A stretch of DNA of 64,000 nucleotides, taken from positions 1,798,001 to 1,862,000 of the forward strand of contig CDROCS010000253.1 of assembly GCA_977020255.1 (NCBI GenBank), written 5' to 3'. Under the pieces are notes generated by a model. It had not been told where the DNA came from and did no database searches. It worked only from the letters and a program-made list of their open reading frames with translations. Made by a program: the position numbers and the translations under genes. Shown here one piece after another: positions 47,981 through 56,974 of the stretch (positions are counted from its first letter, which is position 1; the number at the start of each line of letters is the position of its first letter). The DNA comes from Obrimoposthia wandeli (Eukaryota).

Positions 47981-50696
47981 CAAGTTACCTCATTACAGCC
48001 GTGAAAGATTATTGGGTGAAGGTGGCATGGGTAAAGTTTACCTAGCCCAAGATAACCAATTACAACGACAAGTTGCCATTAAAGAATTAACCTATCAGCC
48101 TAAAGGTGAGACGGTTAATCATGCCCTACAAGAAGCACGTTTATTAGCACGTGTTAACCATTCTAATATTATACAAATTTATAATGTCCATGATGAAGGT
48201 GATCATATCTCCTTGGTCATGGAGTATTTCCATAGTAAAACATTGACTCAGTTTCAACAGGAAACTTACTGCACCCTCATTCAAAAGCTTGATTTATTGC
48301 AACAACTCTCTGCTGGGTTAGCTGCAGCGCATAAAAATAATGTGATTCATTGTGATTTAAAACCAACCAATATATTGGTCAATGAGCAAGGGCAGCTAAA
48401 AATCACCGATTTTGGCATCGCTTTGATAGCAAGTAATGAAAACAGTATTGATACAAAGGTAAGTAATGAATCTTCAGGTAATGGTGAACCTTCAGCAGAT
48501 CATGAGCCAGTGCAATACGGTAGTTTACTTTATATGTCACCGGAGCAAATACAAAAGCACGCGGTAGATTATCGTAGTGATATTTTCTCCTTCGGTATAG
48601 TTGCTTATCAATTAATGGTGGGTAGTCACCCCTTTGGTCGGGGCTCAGCGACAGATATAGCGCAAAGAATATGTGAAAGCACACCAGAGCAGGCTAAAAA
48701 CTTAATGCTAAATGCACCGAGTGCGTTAACTGATTTGTTAATGGAAATGTTAATTCAACCACTTGAGCAAAGAACATTAACGGCGAGTGCCATAGAAAAT
48801 CGGTTAAAGCATATTAGAACGGCGTTAATGCAAGCAGAGATTAGCGAACAAGTGACAATGCCTTTAGGTGAGTTACCTTTGTCTTCTGGTTTAGCTGGCA
48901 TAGGCAGTGATGATACTGCTTCGTATACTCAGCCTATTCAGATAAATAATGCTTTCCAAAATGCTCAAAATATCCAGTCACCTGAAAACCTACAAAGATC
49001 ATGGTTTTCACCTAGTCGCCCAATTGTTGCTAGCATCGCTTTAGTATCTCTGGTGCTGATTCTTTCCTTTTGGTTTAACATCACTAAAGAAGTTGCAACA
49101 AAACAAATTGTTATTTTAAAGCCGACCTTGGCTGATAGCCCATTAATGGCGGCAATGCAGCAAGATTTAGTTATTTCAGCGGTGGAAGATGCTTTGCGAC
49201 AAGCGGTAATAAATACCAAGAATATGTATTTAATCTCGCAGCGAGAAGTAAATGCTATAACCAAAGAATACCCGGATGACCTTAAAAGGCTTAAGCAAGC
49301 GGTTGGTGCTTCAGACATTATTTCAACGTCACTAGAGTGTGATAATAGCCGTTGTAAAGTAAGCTTTTCACGTTTAGTGGCTAATAATAACAATAACAAG
49401 TTAATCGTAAAATCCGAGAGAAATTGGTTAGCACCGATAGATAAATTTAATGTTATTTTTAGTACCAGCCAAACACAATTCGCTTCACTTTTTCCAGAGC
49501 ACTCAGAAATCAATCAATCAGGCCTAGTGCAGCGCCCTATTAATGAAGAGGATTATCGTGAATACATAGCGCTTTATAGCCAAATTAAAGGTCATGGTAA
49601 TTATAGTGCAGAGAGTTTGACTCAATTAGAAGCACTGTTAACACGCTCGCCTTATTTATATGCTGGTTATGGTTTATTCCGCGAAACCGCTTCAAATTTA
49701 TATACAGATACCCGTGATAAAGGTCACCTCGAACGACTTGAATTAATACTACAAAAGTCGCCACCTGAATATCGTTATAGTTTTTACCACGCGATAGATA
49801 GTTTTTTTGTAGCGTATAAAATTAAAGAGCTTGATATTGCGCAGCAACAAATAATAGAAGCTAAAAATAGAGGTGCTAGTAGTTTTGTTTTAAGTGATCT
49901 TAATGCAATTTTATTTTTTTCCAAAGGCCAATACCAAAAAGCCGCAAATACTTTTGAGCAAGCGATTTCTCTTAGGCCCAGTACAGCGTTACTTTATAAT
50001 CTAGCCTTTAGTTATTGGCGTATGGGCGATTTAGCTAGAGCAGAAAGTTCACTAAATATAATGTTAGAAATTGTCCCTAATAATTATAAAGCAAAACGCT
50101 TACAGGCAAATATTTGGCTTTTGCAAGGGCGTCTTGAATTAGCCATAACAACTTATGAAAAAATTGTAATAAGCTTAAATAATGGCACAGATTTAACCAA
50201 TTTAAGTATGGCTTATGCATTAAATAGGCAATATGATAAGTCGTTAGAGTTTGCCCAAAAGGCGTTAAAACAAAATCCAAAACACCCGTTGAAATTGTTA
50301 AATTTAGCCGATATTGAAATGATACTGGGAGATGAAAAATCAGCAATATTACATTATCAACAGGTAGTAGCTATTTTGGCAGGAAAAAATGAGATTAAGT
50401 CGTTAACATATTTAGCGCAAGCTTATGGCCAGTTAAATCAAGCAACCTTAGCGATAGAAGCTGTAAGTAAAGCGCAATCCCTGGCACCTGGAAGTGGTGA
50501 AGTATCTTATACATCGGCTATTGTTTACAGTTTGCTGAAAGAAGAGACTTCGGCTGTTCATCATGTGAAAGCGGCATTAAAAAATAATGTCGGTGTGGTG
50601 TGGTTTAACCTTCCTTGGTTTGATAATTTATGTGATGACGAAGAGTTTGACCTGTTAATGGTGAAATACGATAATAAAAAACGTTGTAAACCTTAG
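47973..50696 (+). CDS. Hanks-type Ser/Thr kinase, TM helix, then periplasmic alpha/beta and TPR domains
   Basis: GEGGMGKVY, VAIK, HCDLKPTN, DFG, YMSPEQ; TM IVASIALVSLVLILSFWF; multiple TPR-like helices. Confidence 0.92.
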   Translation: MDNKLPHYSRERLLGEGGMGKVYLAQDNQLQRQVAIKELTYQPKGETVNHALQEARLLARVNHSNIIQIYNVHDEGDHISLVMEYFHSKTLTQFQQETYCTLIQKLDLLQQLSAGLAAAHKNNVIHCDLKPTNILVNEQGQLKITDFGIALIASNENSIDTKVSNESSGNGEPSADHEPVQYGSLLYMSPEQIQKHAVDYRSDIFSFGIVAYQLMVGSHPFGRGSATDIAQRICESTPEQAKNLMLNAPSALTDLLMEMLIQPLEQRTLTASAIENRLKHIRTALMQAEISEQVTMPLGELPLSSGLAGIGSDDTASYTQPIQINNAFQNAQNIQSPENLQRSWFSPSRPIVASIALVSLVLILSFWFNITKEVATKQIVILKPTLADSPLMAAMQQDLVISAVEDALRQAVINTKNMYLISQREVNAITKEYPDDLKRLKQAVGASDIISTSLECDNSRCKVSFSRLVANNNNNKLIVKSERNWLAPIDKFNVIFSTSQTQFASLFPEHSEINQSGLVQRPINEEDYREYIALYSQIKGHGNYSAESLTQLEALLTRSPYLYAGYGLFRETASNLYTDTRDKGHLERLELILQKSPPEYRYSFYHAIDSFFVAYKIKELDIAQQQIIEAKNRGASSFVLSDLNAILFFSKGQYQKAANTFEQAISLRPSTALLYNLAFSYWRMGDLARAESSLNIMLEIVPNNYKAKRLQANIWLLQGRLELAITTYEKIVISLNNGTDLTNLSMAYALNRQYDKSLEFAQKALKQNPKHPLKLLNLADIEMILGDEKSAILHYQQVVAILAGKNEIKSLTYLAQAYGQLNQATLAIEAVSKAQSLAPGSGEVSYTSAIVYSLLKEETSAVHHVKAALKNNVGVVWFNLPWFDNLCDDEEFDLLMVKYDNKKRCKP

Positions 50697-50698
50697 TT

Positions 50699-51070
50699 TT
50701 ATTGCATTATATCGCCATCATGAATAGCTCCAAAAGTTGAATACACCGGCTCTTCTACTGTTAATTCTTGCGTTGTTTCAGCATTCTTAATCGTTACTAA
50801 TTTCTCAAATATCGCAGGGTTTGACTCAGCTAAATTTAACAATTTTTCTAGCTGAACAGCGTCTGAATCTGCCAGTTTCAATAATTGATTGAGTAGTTTT
50901 GGATCTGTTAAGGCAATGTCATTTAACCGTTCAACGAGAACAGGGTTAGTTTCTGCAATAGTGATTAGCATGTGAGTAGAGCTAGTAGTGCTAGCTGCAA
51001 TAGCGCTTGGTAAATAAACACTGCTAGTTAAGGCCAGTACTATAGATAAAACTTTAATATATTTGTTCAT
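50699..51070 (-). CDS. Small secreted protein with four 14-aa repeats
   Basis: Signal peptide MNKYIKVLSIVLALTSSVYLPSAIA; SD AGGAA upstream; stop 2 bp from the kinase stop. Confidence 0.8.
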   Translation of the reverse strand: MNKYIKVLSIVLALTSSVYLPSAIAASTTSSTHMLITIAETNPVLVERLNDIALTDPKLLNQLLKLADSDAVQLEKLLNLAESNPAIFEKLVTIKNAETTQELTVEEPVYSTFGAIHDGDIMQ

Positions 51071-51532
51071 GACATTATTTCCTGTTGAGTTTTGTGATGT
51101 ATGTTGTGTATGTAAAGTGATTTATGTTGATAAGGGGGTAGTTCCCTTCAAAGCTGGATGTAAATTTATAGACTTGGTGCTCCTTAAACCATGACAACCA
51201 ATTACAGTCTATTTAATCTTGTTGTTTATTTTGTTTTTTACTATTTCCCCTTCTAATAAGTTGTTGTTAAATAATTGCTTGTTGTGTTTTTTTATTTTTA
51301 TCAATCATTACGTTTTAAAATTACTTAAATTTAATTTTCGTAAGGTAGTGTCATCTTATTGCACAATCACCCTAAAAATTGCACTTTTGTCACAGCTTTT
51401 TTTATCGATGTCATCGCTTTTGTAATGGCGTGTAATGTCCTTTGATATTTAATTATGGGATAGTTAATTGAGGCTAAAAATAATAGATCACTCTGAAAAC
51501 ACAATACTTTTTAGATTGAGGAAGACAAAGTA

Positions 51533-51907
51533 ATGCATGCAATGTTATCACTAGACTTAGATTTAAATATTTTTTCAAAGCCAGAGATAAGTGCTGTAAC
51601 GCGTGGATTAAAGGTAATAACTATGAATGATTCGGTGCCATGCAAAAAAGTTCACGCAAGGCAATTAGATGAAAATATGCTTACAAATTTAGCTAAGCAT
51701 CAATTACATGCTAAGGGAGCACACAAGTGTTGTCAATGCGCGTATAACTCAGGATACCAGCAAGGCTCTTTGTTACAAAAATTCATTAGTTTGGATATTG
51801 AAAGTTTGGGTGATGCACAAGTAAATAAAGATGGTAATCAAAAGAGTATTCATCAAGCTTTTGCCTTAGGGTACAGTGATGGCGTTAATTCTTTCATTAG
51901 AAATTAA
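51533..51907 (+). CDS. Hypothetical protein, putative Zn-binding (C-x3-H...HKC-x2-C)
   Basis: ORF with SD GAGGAAG; CKKVH...GAHKCCQCAY. Confidence 0.65.
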   Translation: MHAMLSLDLDLNIFSKPEISAVTRGLKVITMNDSVPCKKVHARQLDENMLTNLAKHQLHAKGAHKCCQCAYNSGYQQGSLLQKFISLDIESLGDAQVNKDGNQKSIHQAFALGYSDGVNSFIRN

Positions 51908-51924
51908 TAACATTTTCGAAATAG

Positions 51925-52206
51925 TTGCTCATACTAAAGGGAACGGACTGCTTTTTGTACCGAGTTTTGCAACTGGAGTTGTACATGAAAAATAGAAAAA
52001 CACTCGTGAGTAAGTCTGGTTTCAATTTGGTTCAAGTCGATGTATTGGATGGAAATGATAACGTAATAAGGACTTCTTACGAGGTGGTCGATCCTGATGA
52101 GGATGCTATAGGTCGTTTTGGCAGTTTAACTGAGGCTCATAATTTTATTAATATGTTATGCCATCTGAACCAGCAAGACCAAGCTATCCCAATAGGTAAA
52201 GGATAA
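51925..52206 (+). CDS. Small hypothetical protein (likely start 51985, MKNRK)
   Basis: SD GGAG before the ATG of MKNRK; followed by a terminator. Confidence 0.6.
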   Translation: MLILKGTDCFLYRVLQLELYMKNRKTLVSKSGFNLVQVDVLDGNDNVIRTSYEVVDPDEDAIGRFGSLTEAHNFINMLCHLNQQDQAIPIGKG

Positions 52207-52276
52207 TAAAAATTCTCATATATTATTTCTTCTTTAAAGTAACCAATACTCTTTAATTAAGCGTTAATTCAAACAT

Positions 52277-52313
52277 AAAAAGGGTAACTAGTTAACACTG
52301 GTTGCTCTTTTTT
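52277..52313 (+). terminator. Intrinsic terminator
   Basis: aaaaagggtaactag...ctggttgctcttttt. Confidence 0.65.
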
Positions 52314-52494
52314 GTCCGTTATGAATGATACGTTTTTCGCATTTGTATCTTCTATTACACTATGTACCTTAGCTAATTTCATTTAAATTCCTACTGGAAT
52401 CCTATACTCGGAATAGCCGTGAGTACAAATATCACCTCTTAGCTATTGAAAATGAGTTGTTAGACTCCATATTTATACTCCATCCTTATTTTGA

Positions 52495-53487
52495 TTGGCA
52501 GCTTACATGACATACGCACTAGAAATTAGCGCACTGGAAAAAACGTATAAAGGCGGTTTTCAAGCGTTAAAAGGTATTGATTTAACCGTAAAACAAGGCG
52601 ATTTTTTTGCTTTGCTTGGCCCTAATGGTGCTGGTAAGTCTACTTCTATTGGCGTGATAACCTCACTGGTTAATAAAACCGGTGGTCAAGTAAAAGTCTT
52701 TGGTTATGATATTGATATTGATTTAGAAAAAGCTAAAAGCTTTATCGGCTTAGTGCCGCAAGAATTCAACTTCAGTCAGTTTGAGCCGTTGGTTAATATT
52801 TTAGTCAATCAAGCTGGCTACTATGGCGTAAGTAAGCCAGTGGCGATACAACGCGCAGAAAAGTATTTAAGGCAGTTAGAGTTATGGGACAAGCGTGACG
52901 AACCCGCTCGTGCACTTTCTGGTGGAATGAAACGTCGTTTGATGATTGCACGTGCCTTAATGCACGAGCCACAAATGCTGATATTAGATGAACCAACTGC
53001 TGGTGTTGATATTGAACTGCGTCGCTCAATGTGGGATTTTCTTCGTGAGTTAAACGAGCAAGGTATTACCATTATTCTCACCACGCATTATTTAGAAGAA
53101 GCTGAAATGCTTTGTCGCAATATTGCCATTATTGATGGTGGTGAAATTGTTGAAGATACCAGTATGAAAAAGTTATTAGCACAATTGGATGTGGAAACTT
53201 TTGTGTTTGATCTACAAGTAAACTTGTCATTGGATGTATTAACCCAGTTTACTGAGCAATCACAATCAATCGCGTACCGTGTTATTAATGATCATACCTT
53301 GGAAGTCGATTTAAATAAGTCGCAAAACCTCAATCAAGTATTTGAACAATTAAATATAGCCAATATTGAAGTGCTGAGTATGCGAAATAAAAGTAACCGC
53401 TTAGAAGCCTTGTTTGTTAGTTTGATCAATAAAAAGTCGAGCGTTAGGCAAACTAAACCGCAAAGTGTTGTTGTGGGAGCAAATTAA
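52495..53487 (+). CDS. yadG: ABC-2 ATP-binding protein (YadG-like)
   Basis: GPNGAGKS, LSGGMKRRL, ILDEPT, TTHYLEEAE. Confidence 0.88.
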   Translation: MAAYMTYALEISALEKTYKGGFQALKGIDLTVKQGDFFALLGPNGAGKSTSIGVITSLVNKTGGQVKVFGYDIDIDLEKAKSFIGLVPQEFNFSQFEPLVNILVNQAGYYGVSKPVAIQRAEKYLRQLELWDKRDEPARALSGGMKRRLMIARALMHEPQMLILDEPTAGVDIELRRSMWDFLRELNEQGITIILTTHYLEEAEMLCRNIAIIDGGEIVEDTSMKKLLAQLDVETFVFDLQVNLSLDVLTQFTEQSQSIAYRVINDHTLEVDLNKSQNLNQVFEQLNIANIEVLSMRNKSNRLEALFVSLINKKSSVRQTKPQSVVVGAN

Positions 53488-54252
53488 ATGAATAACTCTA
53501 TCGCGTTAAAAAGTATTTTAACGAAAGAAATCCAGCGTTTTACCCGTATTTGGGTGCAAACCTTAGTACCACCAGCCATAACCATTAGCTTGTATTTTGT
53601 CATTTTTGGCTCATTAATTGGATCACGTATTGGTGAAATGGATGGTTTTGATTATATGTCGTTTATTGTGCCCGGCTTGATTATGATGAGTGTTATTACT
53701 AACTCATATTCTAATGTGGCTTCGTCATTTTTCAGCGCTAAGTGGCAGCGAAATGTAGAAGAGATGTTAGTAGCACCTGTGCCTAATTGGGTGATTGTTG
53801 CTGGTTACGTTGGCGGCGGTATGTGCCGTGGTATTTTAGTTGGTTTGATTGTTACTTTAGTTTCATTGTTATTTGTTGATATTCAACTGCATAATATCTG
53901 GGTGATTATTGCGACGGTTACGTTAACGTCGGCAACCTTTGCTTTAGGTGGTTTAATTAACGCTATTTTTGCTGGCAGTTTTGATGATATTTCAATTATC
54001 CCTACCTTTATTTTAACGCCATTAACTTACCTTGGTGGTGTGTTTTATTCGATTAGTTTATTACCTGAATTTTGGCAGGGCGTTTCTCAAATAAATCCTA
54101 TTGTTTATATGGTTAATGCTTTTAGATACGGTTTTTTAGGTATCTCTGATGTGAGCCTAGTTACCGCTTTTGCTGTAATCAGTTTCTTTATTGTCACTTT
54201 ATTTACCATTGCGATGGTACTTATCTCTAAAGGTATAGGATTAAGAAGCTAA
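53488..54252 (+). CDS. yadH: ABC-2 permease (YadH-like)
   Basis: RIWVQTLVPPAIT, NSYSNVASSF, PLTYLGGVFYS. Confidence 0.88.
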   Translation: MNNSIALKSILTKEIQRFTRIWVQTLVPPAITISLYFVIFGSLIGSRIGEMDGFDYMSFIVPGLIMMSVITNSYSNVASSFFSAKWQRNVEEMLVAPVPNWVIVAGYVGGGMCRGILVGLIVTLVSLLFVDIQLHNIWVIIATVTLTSATFALGGLINAIFAGSFDDISIIPTFILTPLTYLGGVFYSISLLPEFWQGVSQINPIVYMVNAFRYGFLGISDVSLVTAFAVISFFIVTLFTIAMVLISKGIGLRS

Positions 54253-54253
54253 G

Positions 54254-55021
54254 ATGACCACTAATACAGCAGGAAGTATGACAGCTAATAAGGCCGGAAA
54301 TATGAACACAATAGATACTCAAACATCACTTGGTGATTCTAAGACGATTATTAGTAATCAAGAAGGCATTCACGAAAAGCTTGACGAGGTGGTGAAAAGA
54401 CACCTAACGCATGCTTCCCAAAAGCCTTATCAAAAACATACTGAAGAGGCCTTTGCGCAAATGGATACCTTGGTGAATGCCTTTTTAGTGGCAAACCCTG
54501 AGGGTGAAATTATCTTAGATGCTTGTTGTGGAGTTGGTCAAAGTACGCGTATTTTAGCTAAACAAAATCCACAAGCGTTAGTCATTGGTGTGGATAAGTC
54601 AGATCATCGAATTAATCGTAATGTTGAAGGCTTTGATGTTGATGACGGTTTTAGTGCAGAAAACTATCATTTAGTGCGTGCGGATTTAAACGATTTTTAT
54701 CGATTAGTAAAAGCCGCTGAATGGCCGGTATCAAAACATTATATTTTATATCCAAACCCTTGGCCTAAGTCTAAACACCTACAGCGCCGTTGGCATGGCA
54801 GTGCAGTTTTCCCACAAATGACGAGTATTGGCCAGCAACTTATTTTGCGTAGTAATTGGCGAATCTATTTAGCTGAGTTCCAACAAGCAGCTAAATTAGT
54901 TGATTTACAAGGTAGAATAGACCCTTTGCCTGTGGTTGATTCTTCGTTAGCATTAACGCCGTTTGAAGCAAAATACCAAGCCAGTGAGCAAATTTGTTGG
55001 CAATTAATACTGCAACGATAA
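54254..55021 (+). CDS. TrmB-like SAM-dependent methyltransferase
   Basis: LDACCGVGQS, GVDKS, YPNPWPK..H..RRWH, TPFEAKY. Confidence 0.75.
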   Translation: MTTNTAGSMTANKAGNMNTIDTQTSLGDSKTIISNQEGIHEKLDEVVKRHLTHASQKPYQKHTEEAFAQMDTLVNAFLVANPEGEIILDACCGVGQSTRILAKQNPQALVIGVDKSDHRINRNVEGFDVDDGFSAENYHLVRADLNDFYRLVKAAEWPVSKHYILYPNPWPKSKHLQRRWHGSAVFPQMTSIGQQLILRSNWRIYLAEFQQAAKLVDLQGRIDPLPVVDSSLALTPFEAKYQASEQICWQLILQR

Positions 55022-55183
55022 TAAAGATTGTCGCTTTGGTGACGAAATGACGAGACTTTTGCGCTATTTTTTATTAAAGTTCATTTTTCGCGGTTAGTTA
55101 CAAATAGCCAATAATTATAAAACTTGCGTGTGTTCATAACGTTGACCAAGCAAGTGAGTATAGTGAAAGTAAAGTGAATAACT

Positions 55184-56815
55184 ATGAGAGCAACTAAGCG
55201 CATTGCAGAAGCAACGCAAGAGTCTTTACATCGAATTTTTACCATTGCTGAAGCCCCTGATTCTACTCTAGGACGTCTTGAGCAAGAGATGTCGCAAAAT
55301 TTGGTAGGTTTTTTAAACAATCATATTGTTGCTAGTAAAAATGCTTTAACGGATATTGAGCAAGACTTTATAAATCCTCATATCCCAGAACAGCCTGAAT
55401 TCGTTTCAGACCACATGCACCACTTGCTCGATAAATTAGTCGCGCAATCAGTGCATACTTCAAGTCCTAGTTTTATTGGTCATATGACCTCGGCGTTACC
55501 CTCGTTTATTTTACCCTTGTCTAAATTGATGGTGGGTTTAAATCAAAACTTAGTTAAAGTTGAAACATCAAAAGCTTTTACGCCATTAGAACGTCAAGTT
55601 TTAGGCATGATGCACAATTTGGTCTATCAACAAGATGATGTTTTTTACCAAAATTGGATGCATAGTGCTGAGCATTCCCTTGGCGCCTTTTGTTCCGGTG
55701 GTACTGTCGCTAATATTACCGCTTTGTGGGTAGCACGTAATAAGCTACTAAAGGCTGATGGTGATTTTAAGGGCGTGGCTCGCGAGGGATTACATCGAGC
55801 TATGAGGCATTATGGCTATCAAGACTTAGCTATTTTAGTGTCTGATCGTGGTCATTACTCCTTGAAAAAATCAGCTGATATTTTAGGTATCGGCCAAGAA
55901 AATGTTATTGCGATACCTACAGATGAGAATAATAAAATAGATTGTCAAAAGCTGGCGGAAAAATGTCAGCAACTTGCGGCACAAAATATCAAAGTACTCG
56001 CCATTGTTGGTGTGGCCGGCACAACTGAAACCGGTAATATTGACCCGCTTGATAAAATAGCTGAAATCGCTCAGCAAAATCATTGTCATTTTCATGTTGA
56101 TGCCGCTTGGGGCGGAGCAACGTTATTATCGAACAAATACCGTGCTTTGCTTAAAGGTATTGAACAAGCCGACTCAGTAACCATTGACGCCCATAAACAG
56201 ATGTATGTTCCTATGGGCGCAGGTTTGGTTATTTTTAAAGATCCAGCTTCAGTGAGTGCAATTGAGCATCACGCAGAATATATATTACGTAAAGGCTCAA
56301 AAGACTTAGGTAGTCATACGTTAGAAGGCTCTCGCCCGGGAATGGCAATGTTAGTTTATGCCAGTTTGCATATTATTAGCCGACCTGGTTATGAAATGCT
56401 TATTAACCAGGCCATTGAAAAAGCGGAGTATTTTGCTGAGCTTATTAATCAACATGATGATTTTGAGTTAATCACTCGTCCCGAGTTGTGTTTATTAACG
56501 TATCGCTATGCGCCTAAATCAGTACAAGCTCTATTAGCTCGCAATGATGATGAAGCGAATAAGTCGGTGAACGTGTTACTTGGTAAGTTGACCAAGTTTA
56601 TTCAAAAGCGTCAACGTGAGGATGGTCGCTCTTTTGTCTCACGAACCCGTATTGAAGTAAGTAGATATGGGGGTGAAAAAGTTATCGTTTTTAGAGTTGT
56701 GTTAGCAAACCCGTTAACCACCGAAGAAATTTTACAAGATATTTTGCAGCAGCAATGCTTGTTAGCACAGGAAAGTGAAAAGTTTTTACCTGAGTTGCTA
56801 CACGCAGCCAAATAA
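55184..56815 (+). CDS. panP: Pyridoxal-dependent aspartate 1-decarboxylase
   Basis: FIGHMTSALP, SGGTVAN, HFHVDAAWGG, DAHKQ (PLP lysine), LEGSRPG. Confidence 0.88.
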   Translation: MRATKRIAEATQESLHRIFTIAEAPDSTLGRLEQEMSQNLVGFLNNHIVASKNALTDIEQDFINPHIPEQPEFVSDHMHHLLDKLVAQSVHTSSPSFIGHMTSALPSFILPLSKLMVGLNQNLVKVETSKAFTPLERQVLGMMHNLVYQQDDVFYQNWMHSAEHSLGAFCSGGTVANITALWVARNKLLKADGDFKGVAREGLHRAMRHYGYQDLAILVSDRGHYSLKKSADILGIGQENVIAIPTDENNKIDCQKLAEKCQQLAAQNIKVLAIVGVAGTTETGNIDPLDKIAEIAQQNHCHFHVDAAWGGATLLSNKYRALLKGIEQADSVTIDAHKQMYVPMGAGLVIFKDPASVSAIEHHAEYILRKGSKDLGSHTLEGSRPGMAMLVYASLHIISRPGYEMLINQAIEKAEYFAELINQHDDFELITRPELCLLTYRYAPKSVQALLARNDDEANKSVNVLLGKLTKFIQKRQREDGRSFVSRTRIEVSRYGGEKVIVFRVVLANPLTTEEILQDILQQQCLLAQESEKFLPELLHAAK

Positions 56816-56844
56816 AAAGCTAATTAGTTACTGGTTATAACTGC

Positions 56845-56893
56845 AAAAGGCTCAAGTTAATCAATTAAATGCATTGATTAACTTGAGCCTTTT
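56845..56893. terminator. Bidirectional terminator, 21-bp stem
   Basis: aaaaggctcaagttaatcaat / attgattaacttgagcctttt. Confidence 0.8.
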
Positions 56894-56974
56894 GTTTCAA
56901 ACGGATAAATAAATTGGGGTAAGTTAGCTACCCGGCTATCTTTTTTTCACTTTATTAGTCATGTTTTAATCATG

